A stretch of 32,000 bases of DNA from assembly GCF_021054785.1 (NCBI RefSeq), contig NZ_CP088239.1:60001-92000 (forward strand), written 5' to 3'. This DNA comes from Tannockella kyphosi. GTDB lineage: Bacteria > Bacillota_I > Bacilli_A > Erysipelotrichales > Coprobacillaceae. Under the pieces are notes generated by a model. It was not told the origin of the DNA. It ran no database searches and saw only the letters and a program-made list of their open reading frames with translations. A program made the translations under genes and the position numbers. This document shows, in pieces, positions 7,595-19,320 of the stretch (positions within the stretch are counted from its first letter, which is position 1; every line of letters starts with the position of its first letter).

Positions 7595-8459
7595 GAATAC
7601 TTATTTCCATTAAGTCTTTTGCTGCTTTACTAAGAAACTTATTTTTATGATAAATAATGGATAAATCTCTTTTTAACTTAACATCTTTAATAGCTACTTG
7701 TATTAGTTCTCCTTTTTCAATATCTTCCTTTACTAATAAAAAAGGTAAAATAGAAATACCTAATCCACTCTTTATACTATTAATAATAGCTTGTGTACTA
7801 ATACTTTCTAATAAAAAATGAATTGATAAAGAATAAGTTTCCACTAAACCATCTAATACCTCTCGTCCAGCACTTCCTTTTTCTCTTGTTAAGAAATTTT
7901 GATTATTTAGATCATAGATTTGTATCGCTTTCTTATTAGCGAAAGGATGATCTTTAGGGACAACTAAAACAAGAGGATCTTCTAGAAAATGGGTTGATTG
8001 AACAAAAGGACTACTCACTACTCCTTCAATTAAAGCAATATCTAGTTCATTATTTACGATTTTAGATTCAATAATACCTGAATTTTGAACAGTAATAGAA
8101 ATAAGAAGTTCTGGATTTTTAGTCTTTAGGGCTTGAACAAACGCAGGTAAATAACAATTAGCGATAGTAATACTAGAACCTATTTTTAAGGTACCTAAAC
8201 CATCAGAATTCATAATGTTATATTCCATTTCTTCATGTAAATCAATAATATGTTGGGCATATTGTAAAAACTGTTTTCCTACTTCTGTAATATGTAGACG
8301 ATTATTAATACGATCAAATAACTTTACTCCATAATGACTTTCTAAATCAGAAATGGCAACACTAATAGCAGGTTGGGCAATAAATAGCTTTTTACCAGCA
8401 GCAGTAAGTGTACCTGTTTGACATACTGCTATAAATATTTTTAAATGTTTTAATGTCAT
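7581..8459 (-). CDS. LysR-family transcriptional regulator
   Basis: 292 aa. N-terminal wHTH (MTLKHLKIFIAVCQTGTLTAAGKKLFIAQPAISVAISDLE) plus a LysR substrate-binding domain. Divergent from the chrA pair. Confidence 0.9.
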   Translation of the reverse strand: MTLKHLKIFIAVCQTGTLTAAGKKLFIAQPAISVAISDLESHYGVKLFDRINNRLHITEVGKQFLQYAQHIIDLHEEMEYNIMNSDGLGTLKIGSSITIANCYLPAFVQALKTKNPELLISITVQNSGIIESKIVNNELDIALIEGVVSSPFVQSTHFLEDPLVLVVPKDHPFANKKAIQIYDLNNQNFLTREKGSAGREVLDGLVETYSLSIHFLLESISTQAIINSIKSGLGISILPFLLVKEDIEKGELIQVAIKDVKLKRDLSIIYHKNKFLSKAAKDLMEISIQKGA

Positions 8460-8566
8460 AATACCTCCTATATAAATAATTATATACTTTATATAATATT
8501 ATAATATTTTACATATAAAAAAACAACTGCTATACTGTAAACAAATAAAAAAAGAAGGAACTAATA

Positions 8567-9129
8567 ATGGAAAAAGGAAAGCTTTGGAAAATGTTTTATA
8601 CGATGTTTAATTTAAGTATGTTTACCTTTGGAGGTGGTTATGTCATTATCTCCTTGATGAAATCGAAGTTTGTAGAAGAATTAGAATGGTTAAGTGAAGA
8701 AGAAGTTTTAAACTTTGCAGCGATTGCCCAATCATGTCCGGGACCAGTTGCTGTCAATGCAGCAATTTTAGTAGGATATCGTATTGGCGGAATTAAAGGT
8801 GCACTTGTTGCAATATTGGGAACAGTATTACCACCATTAATCATTCTTTCTGGTATATCATTTGTATATGTTGCTTTTCGAGATAATATTATTGTGAATG
8901 CTGTTTTAAAAGGAATGCAAGCAGGAGTAGCTGCTGTTATATTTGATGTTGTTTTTGATTTATCAGCGACTATTTTTAAGAAAAAAGATGTTTCTTATAT
9001 TATTGTTATGTTTTTAGCTTTTGTGGTAACACAGTTTTTAGGTGTGAATGTTATGTTTATTATTATTTCTTGTGCTTGTTTTGGTATTGTTAAAAGTTGG
9101 TATTCCCTTAAAAAAGGAGGGAATGTGTC

Positions 9130-9133
<4 letters not shown>
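8567..9133 (+). CDS. chrA: Chromate transporter (CHR) family protein, short form, half 1
   Basis: FTFGGGYVIISLM..., QSCPGPVAVNAAILVGY; polytopic. ATGA overlap with the next gene. Confidence 0.85.
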
Positions 9134-11130
<1,997 letters not shown>

Positions 11131-11131
<1 letters not shown>

Positions 11132-11154
11132 AAGTGAGCATAGGCTCACTTTTT
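11131..11154. terminator. Bidirectional terminator (GH1 / asnB)
   Basis: aaagtgagc-atag-gctcacttt followed by a T-run. Confidence 0.7.
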
Positions 11155-12958
11155 AGTTGTTTTCTATTTGTATTTGATAGATTTTACCCCATAGATAGAT
11201 TTGATAGAAATAAGCTAGTAGTTGAGGTCCAGTCATTAATTGTCCAAACCAAGGAGTTTTAAAACTAGAAGGATCAGTTATTACTTCTTTTAGTTTTTTG
11301 ATATCAAATAATTTGTATAAAATATTTTCTTTTTCTTGTAAAGATTGTAATAATAAGTCTTGAATATATTGAGTATATTTAGGATGGTGTGTTTTGGGAT
11401 AAGGATTTTTTTTACGTCCATAAATAGACTCAGGTAATAAATCTTTGAAGGCTTCTCGTAATAATGATTTTTCAACACCATTATGATACATATAGGAAGT
11501 AGGAACATTATACATGTATTGAATAATTTCTTTTGATGCAAAAGGGACTCTTTGTTCAATCGATGCACGCATTGATTGACTATCGGCTCTTGTTAGTAAT
11601 GTTTGCATAAACCATTGATAGTGTAAATGGATCATTTTTCTTTTAGGGGCATCTAAGGAAGAATCACTACTGTTATGATGAATATAAGAAGAATACTGAT
11701 AACTATCTTTTACATACAATGGAATATCTAATTGTTTTACATAATCACTATATAATTCATTTCTATTTTCTATATCTCTTATCCAAGGGAAACAATCTTG
11801 ATTTTGATAAAACCATGGATAACCACCAAATATTTCATCAGCACATTCCCCTGATAAGACTACTTTATGATTTTTACCAATCTCTTTGCAAAACAAAAGA
11901 AAACTACTATCAATATCAGCCATACCAGGCATGTCTCTAGCAACTAAAGCTTCTTCTAGAGAATTTACTAAATCTTCTTGAGATAATGTAATGCTAGTAT
12001 GTTTATTTTGATAACGATCGATCATTGCTTGAATATAATCTTCGTCTCTCGATGTTTGATAGGCATAAGCTTGGAAATGTTCTGCTTGTTGTTGGTAGTC
12101 GACACTATAAGTAGCTAAGTTATTGTTGTATTGGCTTGCAAGGGCACATATAATACTCGAATCAAGTCCTCCTGAAAGCATACAAGAAATAGGAACATCA
12201 CTTAATAATTGTTGGTGAATACTTTTGTTTACCAAATGACGAACATGACGAATTGTTTCTTGATAACTATGGGGATGCGTACGTTTTTCTAATTGAAAGT
12301 AACAAGTAATTGAAATACCTAGTTCATTAGCACATAAGTAATGACCTGGAGCTAAACTATGAATATCTTTATAAATTGTTTTACCCGGAGTAACACTTGG
12401 TCCTAATCCTAATAATTCTTTGATACCATTATCAGTTACTACTGCTTTTTTTAAATATTTTAAAATACATTTTATCTCACTAGCTACTAATAGTTCATGA
12501 TCTTTATATAAATAGAAAAGTGGTTTAACTCCTAAATGATCTCTAGCTACAAAGACATTATTTTCATGATAAATAATAAAAGAAAAAATCCCATCTAAAT
12601 ACTCAACACACTTTTTACCATAAGCTATATAACTGACTAATATTACTTCTGTATCACTTTGACTATAAAAATGATAACCATCATCAATCAATTGTTGTTT
12701 TAATTCATTCATGTTATATATCTCACCATTATAACTAATCCAATATTCTTTATTTAAATGAGTATAACAAAAAGGTTGTTTCCCACCTTCTAAATCAATA
12801 ATACTTAATCTTCGATGTCCTAAAATACAATGTTCACTAATAAATATATTTTCATCATCAGGACCTCTTTTCTTTAGTAATGCAAGCATTTCTTGCATTT
12901 CTTTTTGTTTGTTACTAATATCTTGACAAGGATGAAATAATCCTAAAATACCACACAT
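11153..12958 (-). CDS. asnB: Asparagine synthase (glutamine-hydrolysing)
   Basis: 601 aa. N-terminal MCGI nucleophile (Ntn amidotransferase), PP-loop SGGLDSS. Confidence 0.9.
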   Translation of the reverse strand: MCGILGLFHPCQDISNKQKEMQEMLALLKKRGPDDENIFISEHCILGHRRLSIIDLEGGKQPFCYTHLNKEYWISYNGEIYNMNELKQQLIDDGYHFYSQSDTEVILVSYIAYGKKCVEYLDGIFSFIIYHENNVFVARDHLGVKPLFYLYKDHELLVASEIKCILKYLKKAVVTDNGIKELLGLGPSVTPGKTIYKDIHSLAPGHYLCANELGISITCYFQLEKRTHPHSYQETIRHVRHLVNKSIHQQLLSDVPISCMLSGGLDSSIICALASQYNNNLATYSVDYQQQAEHFQAYAYQTSRDEDYIQAMIDRYQNKHTSITLSQEDLVNSLEEALVARDMPGMADIDSSFLLFCKEIGKNHKVVLSGECADEIFGGYPWFYQNQDCFPWIRDIENRNELYSDYVKQLDIPLYVKDSYQYSSYIHHNSSDSSLDAPKRKMIHLHYQWFMQTLLTRADSQSMRASIEQRVPFASKEIIQYMYNVPTSYMYHNGVEKSLLREAFKDLLPESIYGRKKNPYPKTHHPKYTQYIQDLLLQSLQEKENILYKLFDIKKLKEVITDPSSFKTPWFGQLMTGPQLLAYFYQIYLWGKIYQIQIENN

Positions 12959-13070
12959 GCAATCACCTCAAGTAAACATATGATAGAAGTTAGTAAATAG
13001 ACCAAAACAGATTGAAAATAATTATTTTATGTTGTTACAAAGCCATAAATCAGAGAATGAAACATAAATA

Positions 13071-13091
13071 AAAAAAGAGATCGCTCTCTTT
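13071..13091 (-). terminator. Weak terminator after the stomatin-like gene
   Basis: aaagaga-tcgc-tctcttt stem with a long T-run on the minus strand; short AT-rich stem. Confidence 0.45.
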
Positions 13092-13092
13092 T

Positions 13093-14025
13093 TTATTTTT
13101 CTTCTTTTGTTTCTTTTAAGAATTCACCAACAGATGTGGCCATACTAGCGACATCTTGTAATGAACTAGGAACAATAATTTTTGTAGCTGAACCATGAGC
13201 TAACTCTTCTAAAGCTTTATAACCTTGTAATGTTAAGTATGCTTGATTTGGGTTAGCTGAATTGATGTATTCAATACCTCTTGCTTGAGCTTCATATACT
13301 AAACGTAATGATTCTGCTTCCCCTTGTGCTAAAGTGATTTTTGCTTCTCTATCAGCAGTAGCACGTAAGATAATTGATTCTTTATCTCCTTCTGCATTTA
13401 AGATAGCAGACATCTTTTTCCCTTCTGCAATTAAGATAGCTTCACGTCTTTCACGTTCAGCACGCATTTGTTTTTCCATTGCTTCTTGGATATCTCTAGG
13501 TGGGATAATGTTCTTTACTTCAACACGATGAACTTTGATTCCCCAAGGGTCTGTTGCTTCATCTAGAATAGAACGCATTCTTGAGTTGATTAAATCACGT
13601 GATGTTAATGTTTCATCTAATTCTAATTCACCAATAATATTTCTTAATGTTGTTGCTGTTAAGTTTTCAATCGCGTTAATTGGACGATCAACACCATATG
13701 TGAATAATTTTGGATCCGTAATTTGATAATAAACAACAGTATCTATTTGCATTGTTACATTGTCTTTAGTAATTACTGGTTGTGGTGCAAAATCAATTAC
13801 TTGTTCCTTTAATGAAACACGATTTGCTAAACGATCAAAGAATGGAATAAAGACATGTAATCCAACACTACATGTACGATTATAAGCTCCTAATCTTTCT
13901 ACTACATATGCTTTTGATTGGGGTACAATACGAATTACATTTGCTAATATACTTACCAAAATAAGAATAATTACTAACCATAACCCTAAACTCATTGCTC
14001 CTGAAATAATATCTTCAATAAACAT
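13093..14025 (-). CDS. SPFH/Band 7 stomatin-like protein (QmcA/YbbK type)
   Basis: N-terminal TM segment, IVPQSKAYVVERLGAY, ITKDNVTMQIDTVVYYQITDP, coiled-coil EKQMRAERERR. Confidence 0.9.
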   Translation of the reverse strand: MFIEDIISGAMSLGLWLVIILILVSILANVIRIVPQSKAYVVERLGAYNRTCSVGLHVFIPFFDRLANRVSLKEQVIDFAPQPVITKDNVTMQIDTVVYYQITDPKLFTYGVDRPINAIENLTATTLRNIIGELELDETLTSRDLINSRMRSILDEATDPWGIKVHRVEVKNIIPPRDIQEAMEKQMRAERERREAILIAEGKKMSAILNAEGDKESIILRATADREAKITLAQGEAESLRLVYEAQARGIEYINSANPNQAYLTLQGYKALEELAHGSATKIIVPSSLQDVASMATSVGEFLKETKEEK

Positions 14026-14035
14026 AATTTTTCCT

Positions 14036-14461
14036 CTAACTTTCTATTTGTTTTACAATCAAATGTGCTCCTTCAATTGCTAATACTTCACAATAACTAC
14101 CACATGCAATATGTGAGTTATCAAAACTAGATGCTGCCCAAAAAGACGATAATACTTTTACTTCTCCTTTTGAATCTTGGTTTATTTCTTTTATTACTAC
14201 TGCATGTTTTCCAATTAATCGATCACTATTGGTAGGAACAACATTGGTCTTAAAATATTTTTTTGCTATTGGCCTAGTGACAATTAAAGATGTGGCAGTT
14301 GCAATAATAAAGAGTGCTATTTGAATAGAATCATTGAAACCAAACAAAGATCCAAGCATCGCTATAATGGCACCTAGCCCAAACCATATACTTACTAAAT
14401 CAGTAGTAATTGCTTCTATAATAATACTAATAATAATAATAAGCAACCATAATGTTATCAT
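14036..14461 (-). CDS. NfeD-family membrane protein (short form)
   Basis: 141 aa. Three N-terminal TM segments plus a C-terminal OB-like domain (GKHAVVIKEI..GEVKVLSSFWAA). Canonical partner position upstream of the SPFH gene. Confidence 0.8.
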   Translation of the reverse strand: MITLWLLIIIISIIIEAITTDLVSIWFGLGAIIAMLGSLFGFNDSIQIALFIIATATSLIVTRPIAKKYFKTNVVPTNSDRLIGKHAVVIKEINQDSKGEVKVLSSFWAASSFDNSHIACGSYCEVLAIEGAHLIVKQIES

Positions 14462-14472
14462 ATCTTTTCTCC

Positions 14473-14835
14473 TTATAAATTAATAATTAAAATTTGATGT
14501 ACCACATCAAACTTAGCGGAATATTTTACTTGATTATCCCCCAAGTCAACATTACCAACTGTTGCTACTTGTTCTAAAAATACCTTATTTGTTATACGTC
14601 CATAGCTTTTCCCTATTGATATACGATGTAATTGTTCTCTTGGATAATAGTTTGCATCCAATTGTTCCTTAGCTACAGGTTTGATACCTAAAAGATGTTT
14701 TTCACTATCTAAACCTAATAATACATATTGTACATTTTCAAAATGTCTACAGGCTGCAGTATTTAATGTAATTGTATTATTAGATACAGTCACTATTTCT
14801 TTTGCGATATCATTTGGTGACCATTCAAAATTCAT
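14473..14835 (-). CDS. Hypothetical 120-aa protein, first gene of the NfeD-stomatin operon
   Basis: GGAGGAGG RBS; stop lies 11 nt before the NfeD start. No family recognised. Two loosely similar halves (ITLNTAACRHF..VLLGLD..LLGIKPV and RISIGKSYGRITNKVF..) hint at an AbrB/MraZ-like swapped-hairpin fold; this is speculative. Confidence 0.5.
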   Translation of the reverse strand: MNFEWSPNDIAKEIVTVSNNTITLNTAACRHFENVQYVLLGLDSEKHLLGIKPVAKEQLDANYYPREQLHRISIGKSYGRITNKVFLEQVATVGNVDLGDNQVKYSAKFDVVHQILIINL

Positions 14836-15024
14836 AGTTCCTCCTCCTTTAATGACATTATATTATAAATATTATTTTTATGCAATATAATTATTCTAAA
14901 GGAAAAGAGAAACTAATTTGAGACAAAAAACACATCTTTTTAAGTTATAATATATATCATAGAAACAAAAACAGATAATGTACAAAAAAATAAAAATAAT
15001 GTATAATGCTTGCGAGGTGGTATA

Positions 15025-15474
15025 ATGAAAAAAGTGATACGAATCTTACTTTGTTTTTCTTTATGGATTGGATTAAGTGGATGTCAAAAGGAAGAAGAGA
15101 TAGAATACCTATATACTCTTCACTATTATTATTTAGATGTTTGCAATGTTTGCAATGCATTTAATGAAGATGGTATTCCTTTGATAGAAGAAGAGCTAGG
15201 AGATATTGTAGAAATTGTTTATCATGATTTAGATGATATATCGAATCAAGAAGAATATGATGAGTTATTATCTAGAATTGATGTAGATTCTATAGGGATT
15301 GATTTTTATGCCCAAGCTCCAACTTTGATTTTAGAAGGTTATTTTATAAAAGTGGGTATTTACCCAGGAGATTATGAAATATTTGTAGAAGATATTAAAA
15401 GAGCTATTAACGGTGAAGAACTAAGTGATGATTTATCATTTGGACGTGCACTATTTTTAGATACTGTTGACTAG
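15025..15474 (+). CDS. Lipoprotein with a thioredoxin-like CxxC motif
   Basis: Start reassigned to the ATG at 15025 (the track start is TTG). Lipobox LSGC. LHYYYLDVCNVCNAF shows a beta-strand/CxxC/helix pattern. Confidence 0.55.
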   Translation: MKKVIRILLCFSLWIGLSGCQKEEEIEYLYTLHYYYLDVCNVCNAFNEDGIPLIEEELGDIVEIVYHDLDDISNQEEYDELLSRIDVDSIGIDFYAQAPTLILEGYFIKVGIYPGDYEIFVEDIKRAINGEELSDDLSFGRALFLDTVD

Positions 15475-15486
15475 GAGGAAGATAAA

Positions 15487-16191
15487 ATGCCAACACCACA
15501 TAATGAAGCCCAAATGGGACAAATTGCAAAAACTGTATTAATGCCAGGGGATCCTTTAAGAGCAAAGTTTCTTGCAGATACTTATTTAGAAAATGTAACA
15601 CAATTTAATGCTGTTCGTAATATGTTTGGATATACTGGAACTTATAAAGGAAAAGAAGTTTCTATCATGGGTTCGGGGATGGGAATGCCTTCTATTGGTA
15701 TTTATAGTTTTGAATTATTTACACAATATGGTGTAGAAAATATTATTAGAATTGGTTCAGCTGGAGGATATTCTAAAGATGTTCATGTTCGTGATATTAT
15801 CTTAGTACAAGGAAGTTGTACAGATAGTAATTTTGCACATCAATATGAATTACCAGGTACGTATAGTGCGATATCTGATTTTGGCTTATTATTTGATGCT
15901 GTAACGAAAGCAAAAGAAATGGGTGTAAATTACCATGTCGGTAATGTTCTTGCATCTGATGTATTCTATCATGCTGATAAAGGGAATGTAGAGAAATGGG
16001 CTTCTATGGGAGTTTTAGCAGTAGAAATGGAATCTTATGCATTGTTTGCAACAGCAGCTTATTTAAAGAAAAAAGCATTTACTTTATTAACTGTTTCCGA
16101 TTCATTAGTTTTAGATGAAGATACGTCTCCAGAACAAAGAGAAAAGACATTTACGGATATGATGGAAATTGCATTGGAGATTAGTCGATAA
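15487..16191 (+). CDS. deoD: Purine nucleoside phosphorylase, DeoD type
   Basis: MPTPHNEA...VLMPGDPLRAKF..., GSGMGMPS, VEMES; 234 aa. Confidence 0.9.
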   Translation: MPTPHNEAQMGQIAKTVLMPGDPLRAKFLADTYLENVTQFNAVRNMFGYTGTYKGKEVSIMGSGMGMPSIGIYSFELFTQYGVENIIRIGSAGGYSKDVHVRDIILVQGSCTDSNFAHQYELPGTYSAISDFGLLFDAVTKAKEMGVNYHVGNVLASDVFYHADKGNVEKWASMGVLAVEMESYALFATAAYLKKKAFTLLTVSDSLVLDEDTSPEQREKTFTDMMEIALEISR

Positions 16192-16829
16192 TGAGACGAG
16201 TTGCATTATTTGATTTTGATAATACATTAATTAAAGGAGACTCTATTCATAAATTAGTATTGTATTATTTAAAACAAAATCCGATATCTTTCTTATACTT
16301 ATGGAAAGTAGCTTATTATTATATATGTTATGTTCTAGGAATATTTAGAATTGAAAAAGCAAAAGATGCTTTATTGTTCCCACTTAAAAAAATGTCTACA
16401 AAAGAAATTGATCTTTTTATAGAAAAAGAAATAGTTCCTAATCTTTATGAAAATGTAGTACAAGAATTAGAAGATAAAAAAGAACAAGGATTCCTTATCT
16501 TTATTGTTTCTGCTTCTGCAGAAAAATACTTAAAAAGAATTCCTTTACCAGCAGATTATTTTATTGGTACTAGATATAAAGATAATCAATTAGTAGGTAA
16601 AAATTGTGTTTCCATAAACAAAGTACCTAGAATAGAAAAGGTTCTAAAAGAAGAAAATATTGAAATTGATTATGATAACTCTTATGGATATTCAGATTCT
16701 CCATTAGATATACCAATGTTAGATATGGTAAAAAATAGAATTCAAGTAGAATTAAAAACAGGTATGATGAAAGAATATAGCTTTGTAAAAGAAGAAGATA
16801 AACAAAAAACCAACCCAGAAGAAAACTAG
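16191..16829 (+). CDS. HAD-IB family hydrolase
   Basis: Motif I ALFDFDNTLI, motif II VSAS, distal SDSPLDIPML. TAATG overlap with deoD. Confidence 0.75.
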   Translation: MRRVALFDFDNTLIKGDSIHKLVLYYLKQNPISFLYLWKVAYYYICYVLGIFRIEKAKDALLFPLKKMSTKEIDLFIEKEIVPNLYENVVQELEDKKEQGFLIFIVSASAEKYLKRIPLPADYFIGTRYKDNQLVGKNCVSINKVPRIEKVLKEENIEIDYDNSYGYSDSPLDIPMLDMVKNRIQVELKTGMMKEYSFVKEEDKQKTNPEEN

Positions 16830-16840
16830 GGTTGGTTTTT
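16805..16840 (+). terminator. Rho-independent terminator of the deoD-HAD unit
   Basis: aaaaaccaaccc...gggttggttttt, perfect 12-bp stem spanning the stop codon. Confidence 0.7.
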
Positions 16841-16852
16841 ACATAGGATTGC

Positions 16853-17059
16853 TTAATCATGAATAGTATTTAAATCATAGAATAGTAACATAATATTAAT
16901 AAGCCCTGCTACTCCGACAACAATATAGATAAGCATCGTTATAAAACTATTAACACCAAAGAGTGCTTCTACTAAGTTGAAAGAAAATAATCCAATCAAC
17001 CCCCAGTTTAGTGCACCTACAATAGTAAAAACTAATGCAATTTTTTGTATTAAGTCCAT
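16853..17059 (-). CDS. DUF378-family small membrane protein
   Basis: 68 aa. IVGALNWGLIGLF signature, two TM segments. Confidence 0.75.
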   Translation of the reverse strand: MDLIQKIALVFTIVGALNWGLIGLFSFNLVEALFGVNSFITMLIYIVVGVAGLINIMLLFYDLNTIHD

Positions 17060-17148
17060 AGTATACCTCCTGTTGTTATTCTAACCAATTATTTTAAATT
17101 TATTCATAAATAATATAATTTATCATATTGATAATTAGGAGGTTATTT

Positions 17149-18132
17149 ATGAATAAAAAACAAATAATGATAATTAGTATATTTGTAGTAGTTTTATTAA
17201 GTGTTGTATTCTTTTTAACAAAAGGGAAGTCATTAGAAGAACAATTAGAAATTGTATCACAATATGATACATATACTATGTCTTGTAATATGGAATTATT
17301 AGAAAATGATGACTTAAAATCATTTCAAATTGATGTTGTATATCAAAAAGAAGGGGAATATTACAAAGTAACCATCTATGATAAATCATTAAATCAATCT
17401 CAAGTAATAGTTCGTAATGAGGAAGGTGTTTTTGTTGTAACGCCCTCTTTAAATCAAACATTCCAATTTCAAAGTGAATGGCCTACTAGCCAACCAAAAC
17501 CTTATATTTATGTTTCTTTGTTAGAAGCAATTGAAGAAGGTAGTGTAGATTCGATAGAAGATGGTTATTTAGTAAAACAAGATATTACTTATGAAAATGA
17601 TGATCGTGTAACAAGTCAAGAAATCTATTTTGATGAAGAATTACATCCTGTATTAGTACAAGTATATGATCAAGATGGTTTAGAGATTATTAAAGTAGAG
17701 ATAACAAGTTTTGAAGAAAATGTTTCTTTAGAACAAGATACTTTTAATCCAGATGTTATTGTTAATGATGTAACGGTAAGTTATGTAGAACAAATGGAAA
17801 GTAGTTTACCTTTATATCCAGTAACTTCTTTAGGGGCTTCTTTAGTGAGTCAGGAAATAAGTGTGATAGGGGATGTTACGAATCATATTTTACAATTTAG
17901 TGGGGAAACTAGTTTTACAGTAGTTCAATCAGTTGATATGGGCGCTAGTGAAGTAGTTACAACGCAAGTGTATGATGAAGTAGTGGATTTAGTGGATGGA
18001 ATCGGATTTTATAGTGACAATCAGTTAACCATGATTCAATCAGGAATACTTTGTTCTGTTTATTCTACAGAACTTACAAAAGAAGAAATGATGGATGTTA
18101 TAAATAGTTTGCAGGTATCTTCTATCAAATAA
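17149..18132 (+). CDS. Membrane-anchored YdcC-like / LolA-fold protein
   Basis: Start reassigned to the ATG at 17149 (AGGAGG RBS; the track start is TTG). N-terminal anchor. Sits immediately upstream of alr, as ydcC does in B. subtilis. Confidence 0.5.
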   Translation: MNKKQIMIISIFVVVLLSVVFFLTKGKSLEEQLEIVSQYDTYTMSCNMELLENDDLKSFQIDVVYQKEGEYYKVTIYDKSLNQSQVIVRNEEGVFVVTPSLNQTFQFQSEWPTSQPKPYIYVSLLEAIEEGSVDSIEDGYLVKQDITYENDDRVTSQEIYFDEELHPVLVQVYDQDGLEIIKVEITSFEENVSLEQDTFNPDVIVNDVTVSYVEQMESSLPLYPVTSLGASLVSQEISVIGDVTNHILQFSGETSFTVVQSVDMGASEVVTTQVYDEVVDLVDGIGFYSDNQLTMIQSGILCSVYSTELTKEEMMDVINSLQVSSIK

Positions 18133-18190
18133 ATGTTTATTGAAAAAAACAACTATCCGTATTATACTTAAATAGTTAGGTGGTGGAAGT

Positions 18191-19258
18191 ATGTTTTATA
18201 GAGATAGCTATACAGTAATTGATTGTCCCAAACTAGTAAGTAATGTTCATCATTTACATGAACATGTACAAAAAGATTTAATGGCTGTAGTAAAAGCAGA
18301 TGCTTATGGTTGTGGTTATAAAGAGATTTCCTTAGCTTTGCATGATTTAGACTATGTTCGTGTTTTTGCAGTAGCAACATTGAAAGAAGCAGTGAAACTA
18401 AGAATGGCTGGAGTGAGTAAGGATATCCTTATTTTAGGTGCTATTGTAAAAGAAAAAGAAGAACTTATCTTAGCAAGTCAACATGATATTTCTTTAACTG
18501 TTTTTTCTTTAGAATATGCTAGAGAAATTATTAGTTGTTTAGAGGGTAGAAAAGTAAAAGTTCACGTAAAGATTGATACCGGGATGCATCGTATTGGTAT
18601 TATGGATAAAGAGGAATACCAACAAGTAATAGCATTATTAGAAGAGAATAATTTTGAAATAGCAGGAGTATTTACTCATTTTGCAACAGCGGATGATAAT
18701 GAAAAAGAATATTTAAAACAAAGAGATACTTTTTATGAAATAATAGGGGATGCTCCTTATCAATATATTCATTGTGAAAATTCAGCAGCAATGATGTATC
18801 AAAAAGATGATCAAAGTAATTTAGCAAGATTAGGAATTGCAATGTATGGAGTTGATCCAGCTGGTCAAGAAAGTGATGAATTAAAACAAATTGTTTCTTT
18901 GTATACTAGAATAACAATGGTAAAACAAATTCAAGCAGGTGATTATGTTGGTTATGGTTATACGTATCAAGCAAAAGAAAGTGAATATATTGCAACATTA
19001 CCAATCGGATATGCTGATGGAATTATTCGTAAGAATCAAGGAAGATATGTCTATATTAATGGGAAGTATTATCAAATAGTAGGTCGTGTTTGTATGGATC
19101 AAATGATGGTTCGTGTGGATGAAACGATTCAAGTAGGGGATAAGGTAGAAATATTTGGTGATCATATTAGTTTAGCACGTATGGCAAAAGAACTAGACAC
19201 AATACCTTATGAAATCATGTGTTTGATTTCAAAAAGAGTAGAAAGAGTATATAAATAA
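18191..19258 (+). CDS. alr: Alanine racemase
   Basis: PLP-lysine motif AVVKADAYGCG, HFATAD, PIGYADG, GRVCMDQMMV. Confidence 0.92.
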   Translation: MFYRDSYTVIDCPKLVSNVHHLHEHVQKDLMAVVKADAYGCGYKEISLALHDLDYVRVFAVATLKEAVKLRMAGVSKDILILGAIVKEKEELILASQHDISLTVFSLEYAREIISCLEGRKVKVHVKIDTGMHRIGIMDKEEYQQVIALLEENNFEIAGVFTHFATADDNEKEYLKQRDTFYEIIGDAPYQYIHCENSAAMMYQKDDQSNLARLGIAMYGVDPAGQESDELKQIVSLYTRITMVKQIQAGDYVGYGYTYQAKESEYIATLPIGYADGIIRKNQGRYVYINGKYYQIVGRVCMDQMMVRVDETIQVGDKVEIFGDHISLARMAKELDTIPYEIMCLISKRVERVYK

Positions 19259-19282
19259 AGAATATCTAACGATATTCTTTTT
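19258..19282 (+). terminator. alr terminator
   Basis: aagaatatc-taac-gatattctt followed by a T-run. Confidence 0.7.
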
Positions 19283-19291
19283 GTTTGAAAA

Positions 19292-19320
19292 TAAAAAAAC
19301 TATAGATTGCTCTATAGTTT
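19292..19320 (-). terminator. Terminator of the 139-aa membrane-anchored protein gene
   Basis: aaactatag-attgct-ctatagttt with a T-run on the minus strand. Confidence 0.65.

Noticed and set aside
8460-8566. TATATAA-N4-TTATATA palindrome as a LysR T-N11-A box
   Set aside because: The whole intergenic region is almost pure A/T, so such palindromes arise by chance. It cannot be distinguished from background without binding data.
12959-13092. Possible T-box or riboswitch leader upstream of asnB
   Set aside because: Only about 110 nt are available, with no specifier or antiterminator-like helices and no conserved riboswitch cores visible. That is too short for a T-box.
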